Shown in pieces: positions 1-8,712 of a stretch of 44,048 bases of DNA. The DNA lies in NCBI GenBank assembly GCA_012727745.1, contig JAAYGJ010000266.1, forward strand, positions 1 through 44,048, written 5' to 3'. The translations under genes were made by a program, and so were the position numbers. The DNA is from Clostridia bacterium. Its GTDB lineage: Bacteria > Bacillota > DSM-521 > Neomoorellales > Neomoorellaceae. Each line of letters opens with the position of its first letter. Position 1 is the first letter of the stretch. Under the pieces are notes generated by a model. It worked only from the letters and a program-made list of their open reading frames with translations. It made no database searches and was not told where the DNA came from.

Positions 1-68
1 GTAAACTGGTTAACACGGTACTGGAAACCATACCGGACATTAAAGACCGCTGGTCACCGGACAACTAG
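1..68 (+). CDS. 3' end of an upstream gene (...KLVNTVLETIPDIKDRWSPDN*); possibly the substrate-binding protein of the following ABC importer
   Basis: Frame 3 is open from the window edge and ends at TAG 66-68. It lies directly upstream of livHMGF-type genes. Too short for a family call. Confidence 0.3.
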   Translation, partial: KLVNTVLETIPDIKDRWSPDN

Positions 69-150
69 TCCCCGCCACCAGCAAAAACACACACCATATT
101 GATTGGTAGCAGCGATGCTAAAACGACATGGCTGCTCGGAGGAGCTTTAA

Positions 151-177
151 GGCGCAACTGGCTGTGCCAGTTGCGCC
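151..177 (+). promoter_or_regulatory. Perfect 11-bp stem-loop (GGCGCAACTGG-ctgtg-CCAGTTGCGCC) between the upstream gene and livH
   Basis: Inverted repeat read directly. No T-run follows, so it is more likely an intercistronic mRNA stabiliser or attenuator than a terminator. Confidence 0.45.
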
Positions 178-230
178 AACCCTCCCCCACCGACTTGTCT
201 TTTATATCAATTTACGGAGGGAAACTTGCT

Positions 231-1100
231 ATGGAGGTAGCACAATTTATAATTCAGATCTTAAACGGGCTATCCTACGGACTCCTGTTGTTCTTGCTGG
301 CTGCCGGCCTGTCCTTAATATTCGGTTTAATGGGCATAATCAACCTGGCCCACGGTTCATATTACATGCTCGGTGCTTATCTGGGCTTGACAATTATGAA
401 AACAAGCGCAAATTTTATCCTGGCCCTGGTGGGGGCAGCAACCCTGGTAGCCCTGCTTGGACTGATTATGGAACGCGTTTTTTTCCGCGGGCTTTACAAA
501 CAGGAGTTGGACCAGGTGCTGTTAACCTTCGGTTTTATCTATATCTTTATGGATCTGGCCAAATACTTGTGGGGAGGAACACCCCGTTCCCTCCCCACTC
601 CTCCCCTGCTCGAGGGTTCCCTGGAAATTTTCGGTGCCGCTTTTCCGGTCTACAGGTTGGCATTAATCGTGAGCGGGCTTGCCGTGGCCCTGCTCTTAAG
701 ACTTTTTCTAGAAAAGACCCGTACAGGCATGATCATCCGCGCTGGTGTTGATGACAAAGAAATGGTTACAGCCCTGGCTATAAACATCAAGTTGTATTTC
801 AGTATTATTTTTGCTCTGGGTGCCTTCCTCGCTGCCTTTGGCGGCGTAATGGGAGGACCGGTTATTGGAGCCTATCCCGGTTTAGATTTCGAAATACTGG
901 TATTGGCCCTGGCGGTAGTAGTGGTAGGTGGACTGGGCACCCTAAGAGGAGCCTTCTGGGGCAGCATCTTAGTCGGCTTCATCGATACCTTTAGTAAAGC
1001 CTTATTCCCCAGCTTTAGTATGCTCACTATCTATATCGCCATGGCCTTAATCTTAATTCTCAAGCCCTCAGGTTTGTTGGGAAGGATGGAGCTATCATGA
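231..1100 (+). CDS. livH: Branched-chain amino acid ABC transporter permease (LivH family)
   Basis: MEVAQFIIQILNGLSYGLLLFLLAAGLSLIFGLMGIINLAHGSYYMLGAY is typical LivH. ATG 231 follows a GGAGGG RBS; the 99-230 extension is not LivH-like. The stop overlaps the livM start (ATGA). Confidence 0.9.
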   Translation: MEVAQFIIQILNGLSYGLLLFLLAAGLSLIFGLMGIINLAHGSYYMLGAYLGLTIMKTSANFILALVGAATLVALLGLIMERVFFRGLYKQELDQVLLTFGFIYIFMDLAKYLWGGTPRSLPTPPLLEGSLEIFGAAFPVYRLALIVSGLAVALLLRLFLEKTRTGMIIRAGVDDKEMVTALAINIKLYFSIIFALGAFLAAFGGVMGGPVIGAYPGLDFEILVLALAVVVVGGLGTLRGAFWGSILVGFIDTFSKALFPSFSMLTIYIAMALILILKPSGLLGRMELS

Positions 1101-2074
1101 CCCCATGCACTTCTTCCCGCTTACTAAGGTTGGTTGTAATCCTAATCCTCCTTGTTTTACCTTTTGTCCTCTCCTCATATGGCCTGAGTATTTTTACTAA
1201 GGTGCTTATTTTTGGCATCCTTGCCATGAGCCTTGATATTTTGATTGGCTATACAGGACTGGTTTCCTTTAATCATGCCAGCTTCCTGGGAATTAGCGCT
1301 TATACGGTCGGAATCTTGGCCGTTCACGGTATCAACAACTTCTGGCTTACCCTGCCTGCCGGTATAATTGCTGCCCTCCTCCTGGCCATGGTTCTGGGGC
1401 TGCTGGTCTTAAGAAGCAGTGACGCCTACTTTCTCATGATTACACTTGCTTTCGGTCAAATGCTTTATGCGCTGGCCTGGCGGTGGCGTTCCCTGACCGG
1501 CGGTGATGACGGTTTGGCGGGAATTCCCCGGCCGGAAATAGGGCTACCCATCTCTATGAACGACTATCATAACTTTTATTACCTTGTGCTAATCTTTTTT
1601 GGTCTCAGTTTTTACGCTCTAAGTAAATTCATCCGTTCATCCCTGGGGCGCTCGATTATAGGGGTGCGGGAAAGCGAATCGCGCATGCAGGCTCTGGGCT
1701 ACAATACCTGGGCGCTCAAATACCTGGCCTATATAGTAGCCGCTGGTTTTGCCGGCCTGGCAGGTGTTTTATTCGTCTATTTCAACGGTTTCATTAGCCC
1801 GGAAGACCTCAGTTGGTCCCTGTCGGGGATGATCATGCTTATGGTCATCATCGGCGGTGCCGGCACCCTGATAGGGCCGGTAATCGGAGTTGGAGTTATT
1901 TTTATCCTGCAAAATTTTATCAGCGCTTATACAGAACGATGGCCTTTATTTATCGGCATTATTTTTGTCATTTGTGTTATGTATGCCCGGAACGGCATTG
2001 TCGGTTACCTGCTCAAACTAGAGGCTAAAAGGCGGAGATGTAATGAAAGCCCTGGAAGTAAAGAACATCTGTAA
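1097..2074 (+). CDS. livM: Branched-chain amino acid ABC transporter permease (LivM family)
   Basis: Multi-TM protein with LDILIGYTGLVSFNHASFLGISAYT and GGAGTLIGPVIG blocks, positioned between livH and livG. Confidence 0.9.
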   Translation: MTPCTSSRLLRLVVILILLVLPFVLSSYGLSIFTKVLIFGILAMSLDILIGYTGLVSFNHASFLGISAYTVGILAVHGINNFWLTLPAGIIAALLLAMVLGLLVLRSSDAYFLMITLAFGQMLYALAWRWRSLTGGDDGLAGIPRPEIGLPISMNDYHNFYYLVLIFFGLSFYALSKFIRSSLGRSIIGVRESESRMQALGYNTWALKYLAYIVAAGFAGLAGVLFVYFNGFISPEDLSWSLSGMIMLMVIIGGAGTLIGPVIGVGVIFILQNFISAYTERWPLFIGIIFVICVMYARNGIVGYLLKLEAKRRRCNESPGSKEHL

Positions 2075-2756
2075 AAATTTCGGCGGCTTAAAGGTGCTGC
2101 AAAATGTATCAATCTCAGTGGAAACTGGTGAAAGAAGGGCAATTATCGGACCTAACGGCGCCGGAAAAACTACCCTCTTTAATATCATCAGCGGCATTAC
2201 CACAGCCAGCTCGGGAGAAATCTTTATCTTCGGTAAGAAGGTAACAACCTTATCTCCTTACCACCGGGCCCGGCTCGGTTTAGGCAGGACCTTCCAGAAA
2301 AACAACCTGTTCTCTGATATGAGCCTCCTGGAAAATATCTATTTAGCCATGAGGATCAATAAATCACCTTTAAATATGCAAGACTTTTTGCAGCAATGGG
2401 GAATGTGGAACAGGAGAAATATTAAAGTCAAAAAGCTTTCCTACGGTGAACAGCGGCAGGTTGAATTACTGCTGGCACTGGCTCAGGCACCTAAAATACT
2501 ACTCCTGGATGAACCTACTGCCGGTATGTCCCCGGTGGAAAAGGGGCTTATTTTACAGATGATTAAAGGTCTTGACCGCAGCATCACTATTTTAATAATT
2601 GAACATGACATGGAAGTAGTATTTAACCTTGCTGACCGGATAACGGTCCTGCACCTGGGTCAAGTTTTATGCGAGGCAACACCTGAAATAGTAAAAGCCA
2701 AGCCCAGGGTGCAAGAAATTTACCTCGGTACAACCGGCGAGGAGGGCTGGCACTAA
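2043..2756 (+). CDS. livG: ABC transporter ATP-binding protein (LivG family)
   Basis: Walker A GPNGAGKTT, signature LSYGEQRQ, Walker B LLLDEPTAG. Confidence 0.92.
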   Translation: MKALEVKNICKNFGGLKVLQNVSISVETGERRAIIGPNGAGKTTLFNIISGITTASSGEIFIFGKKVTTLSPYHRARLGLGRTFQKNNLFSDMSLLENIYLAMRINKSPLNMQDFLQQWGMWNRRNIKVKKLSYGEQRQVELLLALAQAPKILLLDEPTAGMSPVEKGLILQMIKGLDRSITILIIEHDMEVVFNLADRITVLHLGQVLCEATPEIVKAKPRVQEIYLGTTGEEGWH

Positions 2757-3457
2757 TGCTACAGCTAGACGAAGTCCACACCTACTACGGCGACAGTCAT
2801 GTCCTCCAGGGGGTAAACCTGGAAGTAGCGAGGGGATCAGTTGTCGCCCTGCTGGGTCAAAACGGTATGGGCAAAACTACTACTATCCACTCAATTATCG
2901 GCTTTACTCCTCCGGCCCGGGGCAAGATTATTTTCAAAGGTATCAATATCAGCGGCCTGCCCCCGAGCAGCATTGCCCTAATGGGAATGGCTTTAGTGCC
3001 CCAGGGGCGAAGAATTTTTCGTTCCTTAACTGTCAGAGAAAACCTCATCCTTGGCTATCGCAAAACAAAAACGGATAAGACAGCATATGACCTGGAACGG
3101 GTTTATGAATTATTTCCCAGCTTAAAGTTAAGATCTGCAAACCGGGGGGAACAGCTCAGCGGCGGCGAACAACAAATGCTGGCCATCGGCAGGGCTCTGC
3201 TTACCAACCCCGATTTCATCCTGATGGATGAACCTTTTGAAGGCCTGGCCCCCGGAATTAGCAAAGAACTGCGGCAAAAAGTGCTGGAACTAAAAAAATC
3301 TGGTATGTCAATACTGCTGGTGGAGCAAAACATTGAAGCAGCTCTGCAGCTCGCTGACTATGTATATATCATGAGCAAGGGAAAAATTGTGCATGGGGGT
3401 TCAGCAGCTCAACTGCAAGGAGAAAAAGACATTATTAAGCGATTTATTTTACTATAA
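2756..3457 (+). CDS. livF: ABC transporter ATP-binding protein (LivF family)
   Basis: Walker A GQNGMGKTT, signature LSGGEQQM, Walker B ILMDEPFEG. Confidence 0.92.
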   Translation: MLQLDEVHTYYGDSHVLQGVNLEVARGSVVALLGQNGMGKTTTIHSIIGFTPPARGKIIFKGINISGLPPSSIALMGMALVPQGRRIFRSLTVRENLILGYRKTKTDKTAYDLERVYELFPSLKLRSANRGEQLSGGEQQMLAIGRALLTNPDFILMDEPFEGLAPGISKELRQKVLELKKSGMSILLVEQNIEAALQLADYVYIMSKGKIVHGGSAAQLQGEKDIIKRFILL

Positions 3458-3528
3458 ACGACATGAATCAACTTGGCAGTTAAACAGCATTAGTCGAAAT
3501 AAACTTTTTTACCCATAACTGTTAACAT

Positions 3529-3556
3529 TTGTCATCAGGGCTCCATATAATATATA
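3529..3556 (+). promoter_or_regulatory. Possible sigma-A promoter TTGTCA-16-TATATA for the 62-aa ORF
   Basis: Hexamers read by eye about 30 nt upstream of the AAGGAGGG RBS. Confidence 0.3.
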
Positions 3557-3584
3557 AAGCCTTATACAGAAAGGAGGGCACTAA

Positions 3585-3773
3585 ATGGGCAACGAAAAAC
3601 TATCAGGAGTTGCTGCCAGCAACCAGGCCTTGCGGGAGAAAATTCAAAAAGCTACCGAAGCAGCAGTTAAGCAAGGTAAATATGACGGTTTAAAAGACGA
3701 GATCCAGAAAGCTGTTGCCGATTATATGGTCGACCTCGAAAAGCAAATCCCCAATTACAAAAAAGTTGAGTAG
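3585..3773 (+). CDS. Hypothetical small helical K/E-rich protein (62 aa)
   Basis: ATG is preceded by a strong AAAGGAGGG RBS. I recognise no family. Confidence 0.5.
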   Translation: MGNEKLSGVAASNQALREKIQKATEAAVKQGKYDGLKDEIQKAVADYMVDLEKQIPNYKKVE

Positions 3774-4053
3774 GACTGCTTAAAGTATTAACAATAATTC
3801 ACAGGCTTGCCGTCAGGTTACAAGGCAATACCCTGGTGGCCAGCTTTATACTTTTAGAACAGAAGGAATCTGCCGTTACTTAACGAAAACAACACATATT
3901 AAAGTGCCTTGCGTAGAAACAGCGCGACGCTAAAAACTACGGACTGGTATTAATTAGAAACGCCTACCACAGGGATAACTTTTTATCTGAACTTTGTGCG
4001 GAAGAACTATTTCCGGGGGAGAAGTATAAACGGTGTTTATTAAATTTGGTTTG

Positions 4054-4248
4054 ATGGGCAAAACTGTAAAAGAATTGCGTAAAAACCAGGGGCTGACAGC
4101 CAAAGAACTGGCCCAGTTGCTCAAACTGGATTCTATAGATATTTTGAAAGTCGATGCCATGAAACTGGGCGATGTGCTGCCAGCTCTAAGGGAAAAACTT
4201 TATCCGATTTTGAGCGGTGACTATACCGATAAAATCCCCTGGCTCTAA
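4054..4248 (+). CDS. Small XRE-like helix-turn-helix protein (64 aa)
   Basis: MGKTVKELRKNQGLTAKELAQLLKLDSIDILKVD resembles an XRE HTH. ATG 4054 is preferred over the GTG at 4033. Confidence 0.4.
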   Translation: MGKTVKELRKNQGLTAKELAQLLKLDSIDILKVDAMKLGDVLPALREKLYPILSGDYTDKIPWL

Positions 4249-4339
4249 CCGTTAACCGCCCCAAAATTTACCTGGGACGAATAAATCCCCCCTGCTAGGA
4301 AACCCTATTGTTAAAAAAGGGAAGGGGGGTGTGTAATTA

Positions 4340-4546
4340 ATGGATATAGACCGAATTGCCCTAGCGCTGGTAATCATTGGCGCTTTGAACTGGTTATTAG
4401 TAGGTTTATTCCAGTTTGATTTAGTTGCTTCTATTTTTGGCGGACAGGCTGCTTTAGTTAGTCGTATCATCTATACCCTGGTCGGTCTTGCCGGTATTTG
4501 GGCCATCAGCCTGTTTACCAAAACGCGTGTTGAAAACCGAGAATAA
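4340..4546 (+). CDS. DUF378 family small membrane protein
   Basis: IALALVIIGALNWLLVGLFQFDLVASIFGG is the DUF378 signature. GGGAAGGGGGG RBS upstream. Confidence 0.8.
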   Translation: MDIDRIALALVIIGALNWLLVGLFQFDLVASIFGGQAALVSRIIYTLVGLAGIWAISLFTKTRVENRE

Positions 4547-4596
4547 AAATCTATCCCTTAAGAATGGATGGAAAAATATTGAATATTGGTTGTAGT

Positions 4597-4620
4597 AAAG
4601 CGGCTCGGCAGAGCTGCTTT
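4597..4620. terminator. Hairpin between convergent genes (possible bidirectional terminator)
   Basis: AAAGCGGCTC-ggca-GAGCTGCTTT, a 10-bp stem with one G-U pair and T-rich flanks. Confidence 0.4.
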
Positions 4621-4661
4621 TACTATCTTTTGGCCTACTCTGGCTTACTTGTTGCGGTAGC

Positions 4662-4907
4662 CTAGTATCCCCTGACATTTTTCTGGGTGCTGTAGAGGCC
4701 GGCAGCCGCTAACCCCAGGGCGATTCCCGTAACGAGAGCCCTGAAAAGCTCCGCTTCCTGAAACATGGTATAACCTACCGAAGCCAAGATCCCGATGGCA
4801 ACAGCCAGCAAGCCAGCAAATTTGCTTGGGAAGCCTGCATTTTTAGCCAGTTGGACAATCCCCATAATCAGCAGTACGGCACTAATACCATAAATCTCCA
4901 TATCCAT
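4662..4907 (-). CDS. Small three-TM membrane protein, holin-like (81 aa)
   Basis: Three hydrophobic helices with a polar, charged C-terminus. GGGGGAGGA RBS upstream. The family call is tentative. Confidence 0.55.
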   Translation of the reverse strand: MDMEIYGISAVLLIMGIVQLAKNAGFPSKFAGLLAVAIGILASVGYTMFQEAELFRALVTGIALGLAAAGLYSTQKNVRGY

Positions 4908-5053
4908 GTTTATCCTCCCCCAGCAATCGAAATCCGGCGTATTTAGCCCCGCTTATTAATCATTATGCGCCAGAGTTCATTGCCATGCCAGTATACCCTG
5001 CAGGCTTGAAGGTTTAACTATCGTATTTAACCCTAAAGCAAAGTTTGTAAATC

Positions 5054-5082
5054 TTTCTAAATTGCTCCACCAGTGCTATAAT
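5054..5082 (+). promoter_or_regulatory. Possible sigma-A promoter TTTCTA-17-TATAAT with extended -10 (TGcTATAAT)
   Basis: Read by eye 45 nt upstream of the DUF554 gene. Confidence 0.4.
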
Positions 5083-5127
5083 GTTTAGCATGATCATGGT
5101 TAAACAAGTTGCCCCGCGCGGAGCGCA

Positions 5128-5835
5128 ATGAGGTGTTTTATCTTGTTAGGTACAATCGTTAATGCCATAGCTATTATTGCCGGAGCCCTGCTGGGGAACT
5201 TTTTCAAAAAAGGTTTCCCGGAAAATATCAAAACCACCGTTATGCATAGCCTCAGCCTTACCGTCACCCTTATCGGTCTTTCCATGGCCCTGCAGACCAA
5301 TAATCTCTTGATTTTAACTCTGAGCATTGTTTGCGGCGGTATCCTGGGAGAAATATTAAAAATAGAAGCAGGCCTCAACCTGCTGGGAACTAAGCTCGAA
5401 CAGCGTTTTGGCGGCAACGACGGAAACTTCACCAGGGCTTTCGTATCTGCCAGCCTGATTTATTGTACCGGCGCTATGGCCATAGTAGGCGCCATCGAAA
5501 GCGGCTTAACAGGTAACCATAATACCCTTTTGGTAAAATCTATCCTGGACGGTGTTTTATCAATAGTAATTGCCTCCACGATGGGCATCGGCGTAGCTTT
5601 TTCTGCCCTGCCAGTTTTTTTGTACCAGGGCAGTATAACTATCGCTGCCGGCCTGGTAAAAACCTTGCTTACCGAGGCCATTATCCAGGAAATGACCGCT
5701 GCCGGAGGACTTTTAATAGTAGGAATAGGTATTAACCTCTTTGCCAACAAAAATCTTATTAGGATAGGTAACCTCTTACCGGCTATCTTCGTTGCCATCT
5801 TTTTTACCCTGGCCAGCTCCCGTTTACCGTTCTAG
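5128..5835 (+). CDS. DUF554 family membrane protein (YdfK/YqgA-like)
   Basis: GTIVNAIAIIAGALLGNFFKKGFPENIKTTVMHSLSLTVTLIGLSMAL is a typical DUF554 N-terminus. Confidence 0.8.
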   Translation: MRCFILLGTIVNAIAIIAGALLGNFFKKGFPENIKTTVMHSLSLTVTLIGLSMALQTNNLLILTLSIVCGGILGEILKIEAGLNLLGTKLEQRFGGNDGNFTRAFVSASLIYCTGAMAIVGAIESGLTGNHNTLLVKSILDGVLSIVIASTMGIGVAFSALPVFLYQGSITIAAGLVKTLLTEAIIQEMTAAGGLLIVGIGINLFANKNLIRIGNLLPAIFVAIFFTLASSRLPF

Positions 5836-5921
5836 AGCCTGCTGGACAATAATAAAAACCAACCCCTAACTGACATGGGGACAGTTTGCTAACAAGCACC
5901 CCGTAACTATCTTCTGCTTCT

Positions 5922-6632
5922 CTAGTTTCCTATAATAATCAACCTTAACCCGAGTTGCAGGAAATAGCAGGCCAGCAAAAAGAGAAGCCCACTGCAAACA
6001 TACATCACATTACGGTAGAGGCGGTCGCTGATTAGTTTTTTCCCTGAAGCAACGGTCCAGGCAACCAGGCTATACCAGGCAAAGTCTGAAGCAATATGAC
6101 CGCCATAGAATATTATTGTTCCCAGGGGGCCATAATTAACAGCAGCAGCTACATAGGCAGCACCGACAGTAGCCCACCACAAAATCCAGTAAGGGTTTGC
6201 TATACTGGCAGCAACACCGGCACCTACTATTCGCAAGCAATCTCTCTGCGTTATCCTCGCCGTAGATGTTGCTGTCAGCGTACTGCCGGCTTTTTGCAGC
6301 TCCAGAATTGACTGGGACTGGGCGGCTGTACTCCAAGTTGCCCGGGCAAACCATAACAGCATGACGCCACCAAGCAGACCGATAACCCCCAGTACCAGCG
6401 AGTATGACAGGATCTGCCCCAGGCCCAGTAGCAAAAGTATTACCATCACCAGTTCCAGCAGGGCGTGCCCCAGCGTTATTAAAGGGCCAGCCCAAAAACC
6501 ACTACGCAACGCCTCGCTAATCCCTACTGCCAATAGACTTCCAGGCGCCATAGCTCCGGAAAGCCCGATAATAAAAGCGCTGGCAAACAAACCTACCAAA
6601 CCCACCGTCCTTACCGTCCTTTCAATAACCAA
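5922..6632 (-). CDS. LysE/RhtB-type amino acid exporter family protein
   Basis: Six-TM profile, with APGSLL and SIANPYWILWW blocks like LysE family proteins. The start is uncertain: the longest ORF starts at a TTG, and a TTG at 6599 has a better AAGGA RBS. Confidence 0.65.
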   Translation of the reverse strand: MVIERTVRTVGLVGLFASAFIIGLSGAMAPGSLLAVGISEALRSGFWAGPLITLGHALLELVMVILLLLGLGQILSYSLVLGVIGLLGGVMLLWFARATWSTAAQSQSILELQKAGSTLTATSTARITQRDCLRIVGAGVAASIANPYWILWWATVGAAYVAAAVNYGPLGTIIFYGGHIASDFAWYSLVAWTVASGKKLISDRLYRNVMYVCSGLLFLLACYFLQLGLRLIIIGN

Positions 6633-6721
6633 ATTATACTTCTATCAATAGTTGCTTTGCACAGCTAAACAAACCTCTCGCTAGGTAGCGATCTAAAGCA
6701 GAAGGGCAGATTACTATCCTG

Positions 6722-7270
6722 TTAACGTAAAAATATGCCCCCAATAATAAGTGAAGCCAATACCCCCCAGACAGGATTAAAATGCAGGTACTGCACCAGG
6801 ATAAAAAATACCGCTGCAATCCCGAAAGGGAGCCAGTTCAAAGGGCCGGTACCCCGGGGGAGGAAAGCATACTTGGCAAAGTCCATCGCCAGCATAGCCA
6901 GCATTACAAATACTACCGGCCGGATACCGGCAACCATGCCTTTTACAAAAGGACTATCTTTGAATTTATCCAACAGAGTAAAAAGAAAAATCATTGCCAG
7001 GCCTACAGGTAGCGTCACTGCCACCAACGCCACAGCAGCTCCTGCCCACCCTGCTACCTTGTAGCCTATGTACATAGTAAGTTTGGTAGCAATGGGTCCT
7101 GGCAGGGCGTTACCAAATGCCAACGCCTGGCCAAATTCTTCATTGCTTACCCATTTAAATACTTCTACCGCTTCATGCTGGTAAAGGGGTACTATGGATG
7201 GCCCACCACCAAAGCCCAAAAGGGTTGCCCGCCCAAAACCGATAGCCAGCTCTAACAGCGTTTTTAGCAC
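6722..7270 (-). CDS. chrA: Short-chain chromate ion transporter (CHR family, half-size ChrA)
   Basis: GFGGGPSIVPLYQHEAVE and ALPGPIATKL motifs. GTG start with a GGGAGCGAGAGG RBS. Confidence 0.8.
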   Translation of the reverse strand: MLKTLLELAIGFGRATLLGFGGGPSIVPLYQHEAVEVFKWVSNEEFGQALAFGNALPGPIATKLTMYIGYKVAGWAGAAVALVAVTLPVGLAMIFLFTLLDKFKDSPFVKGMVAGIRPVVFVMLAMLAMDFAKYAFLPRGTGPLNWLPFGIAAVFFILVQYLHFNPVWGVLASLIIGGIFLR

Positions 7271-7342
7271 ACCTCTCGCTCCCTTTCTGCAATAATCTTA
7301 TTAATTCCCGAATTGCAATTTAAACGCCTTCCTATGTTAAGA

Positions 7343-7370
7343 ATTATAATTTATAATATACGACTTGCAA
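7343..7370 (-). promoter_or_regulatory. Possible sigma-A promoter TTGCAA-16-TATAAT for chrA
   Basis: Hexamers read on the minus strand about 70 nt upstream of the GTG start. Confidence 0.4.
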
Positions 7371-7405
7371 GTAAGTTTGGCAATGCCAGCCTGCCAGTTA
7401 TATAT

Positions 7406-7444
7406 AAAACAAGGCCTCCGGTTTTTTTCGCAGGCCCTGTTTTA
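7406..7444 (-). terminator. Probable terminator after metK
   Basis: Minus strand AAAACAGGGCCT-loop-AGGCCTTGTTTT followed by TTTTATATAT. The 14-nt loop is large. Confidence 0.5.
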
Positions 7445-7521
7445 TTATCCTCTTAAACTTTGATCAATACTTAGTTTCGGTGCAACTCTGCCAGCGCCAA
7501 GCCCGCCAAGGGTTGGCTGTT

Positions 7522-8712
7522 TTATAATCCGGCGGCTGCCCGTAAAGCTGCCACCTTGTCCAGACGCTCCCAGGGAAGGTCCAGATCAAGACGGCCAAAA
7601 TGACCATAGGCTGCTACCTGCTTATAAATTGGTCGCCGTAATTCCAGGTCATGGATAATCGCTCCGGGACGCAAATCGAACTCTTTCTCAACTATTGCAG
7701 CCAAACTGGCGTCGCTGAGCTTGCCGCTGCCAAAAGTATCAACCATTATGGACACAGGCTTGGCCACTCCAATGGCATAAGCCAGCTGGACCTCGCAACG
7801 GTCAGCCAGACCGGCGGCAACTATATTTTTGGCCACATAGCGGGCCGCATAGGATGCGGAACGGTCAACTTTGGTGGGATCTTTCCCCGAGAAAGCACCG
7901 CCACCATGGCGGGCCATACCGCCGTAGGTATCGACAATAATCTTGCGCCCAGTTAAACCTGTATCTCCCTGGGGGCCACCAACGGCAAAACGTCCGGTTG
8001 GATTAATGTAGTATTTAGTGCGTTCATCGATCATTGACACCGGTAATACCGGCTTGATCACAGTTTCGAGAATATCATGACGCAGGGTGTCCATGTCAAT
8101 ATCGGGCCGGTGTTGAGTAGATATAACTACCGTGTCGATCCTCACTGGGCGGTCATCTTCGTACTCCACCGTCACCTGGGATTTTCCATCGGGTCGCAGG
8201 TAAGTTAACATCTTCTTTTTGCGGACCTCAGCCAGACGGCGTGTCAGCGCGTGGGCCAGAGAAATTGGCATCGGCATTAGCTCCGGGGTTTCTCGCGTGG
8301 CATAACCAAACATCATGCCCTGGTCGCCAGCGCCAAGGGTATCCGCCTCATCCTGTCCTTTTCCCTGTTTGTACTCCCAGGCTTCATTTACACCCATAGC
8401 AATATCCGGCGATTGTTCGTCTATAGTGGTAATGACTGCACAGGTATCACAATCAAAACCATATTTAGCCCTGGTATAGCCAATCTCCCTAACTGTTTCC
8501 CGGGCAATCCGAGGTATATCTACATAGCATTCGGTAGTAATTTCTCCGGCAATCAGAATCAGGCCAGTACTTACCAGGCATTCACAGGCAACCCGGGCCA
8601 AAGGGTCTTTTTCGATAATAGCATCCAAAACCGCATCTGAAATTCGGTCGGCAATTTTATCTGGATGTCCTTCGGTAACAGATTCTGATGTAAATAATCT
8701 ACGATTTTTCAT
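7522..8712 (-). CDS. metK: S-adenosylmethionine synthetase
   Basis: [37 protein letters not shown] and [16 protein letters not shown] motifs. The start overlaps the coaBC stop (ATGA). Confidence 0.97.
   Translation of the reverse strand: MKNRRLFTSESVTEGHPDKIADRISDAVLDAIIEKDPLARVACECLVSTGLILIAGEITTECYVDIPRIARETVREIGYTRAKYGFDCDTCAVITTIDEQSPDIAMGVNEAWEYKQGKGQDEADTLGAGDQGMMFGYATRETPELMPMPISLAHALTRRLAEVRKKKMLTYLRPDGKSQVTVEYEDDRPVRIDTVVISTQHRPDIDMDTLRHDILETVIKPVLPVSMIDERTKYYINPTGRFAVGGPQGDTGLTGRKIIVDTYGGMARHGGGAFSGKDPTKVDRSASYAARYVAKNIVAAGLADRCEVQLAYAIGVAKPVSIMVDTFGSGKLSDASLAAIVEKEFDLRPGAIIHDLELRRPIYKQVAAYGHFGRLDLDLPWERLDKVAALRAAAGL

Noticed and set aside
99-751. N-terminal extension of livH (from 99) and an overlapping 207-aa ORF (128-751)
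   Set aside because: The extension is not LivH-like and lacks an RBS, whereas ATG 231 has GGAGGG upstream. The 128-751 frame is an out-of-frame overlap of a clear permease gene.
3585-4248. Toxin-antitoxin pair (small protein plus XRE-like HTH)
   Set aside because: The genes are 280 bp apart, are not translationally coupled, and neither resembles a toxin family I recognise.
4662-4907. Prophage remnant inferred from the holin-like gene
   Set aside because: No endolysin, integrase, terminase, attachment-site repeats or other phage genes occur within several kb. A single small TM protein is insufficient evidence.
6136-6495. Cys-rich 119-aa minus-strand ORF (and plus-strand ORFs 6096-6651) overlapping the LysE-type gene
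   Set aside because: These are alternative frames of a clear multi-TM gene. The CCC/CCCQ runs come from GCAGCA repeats encoding Ala/Leu-rich helices in the real frame.
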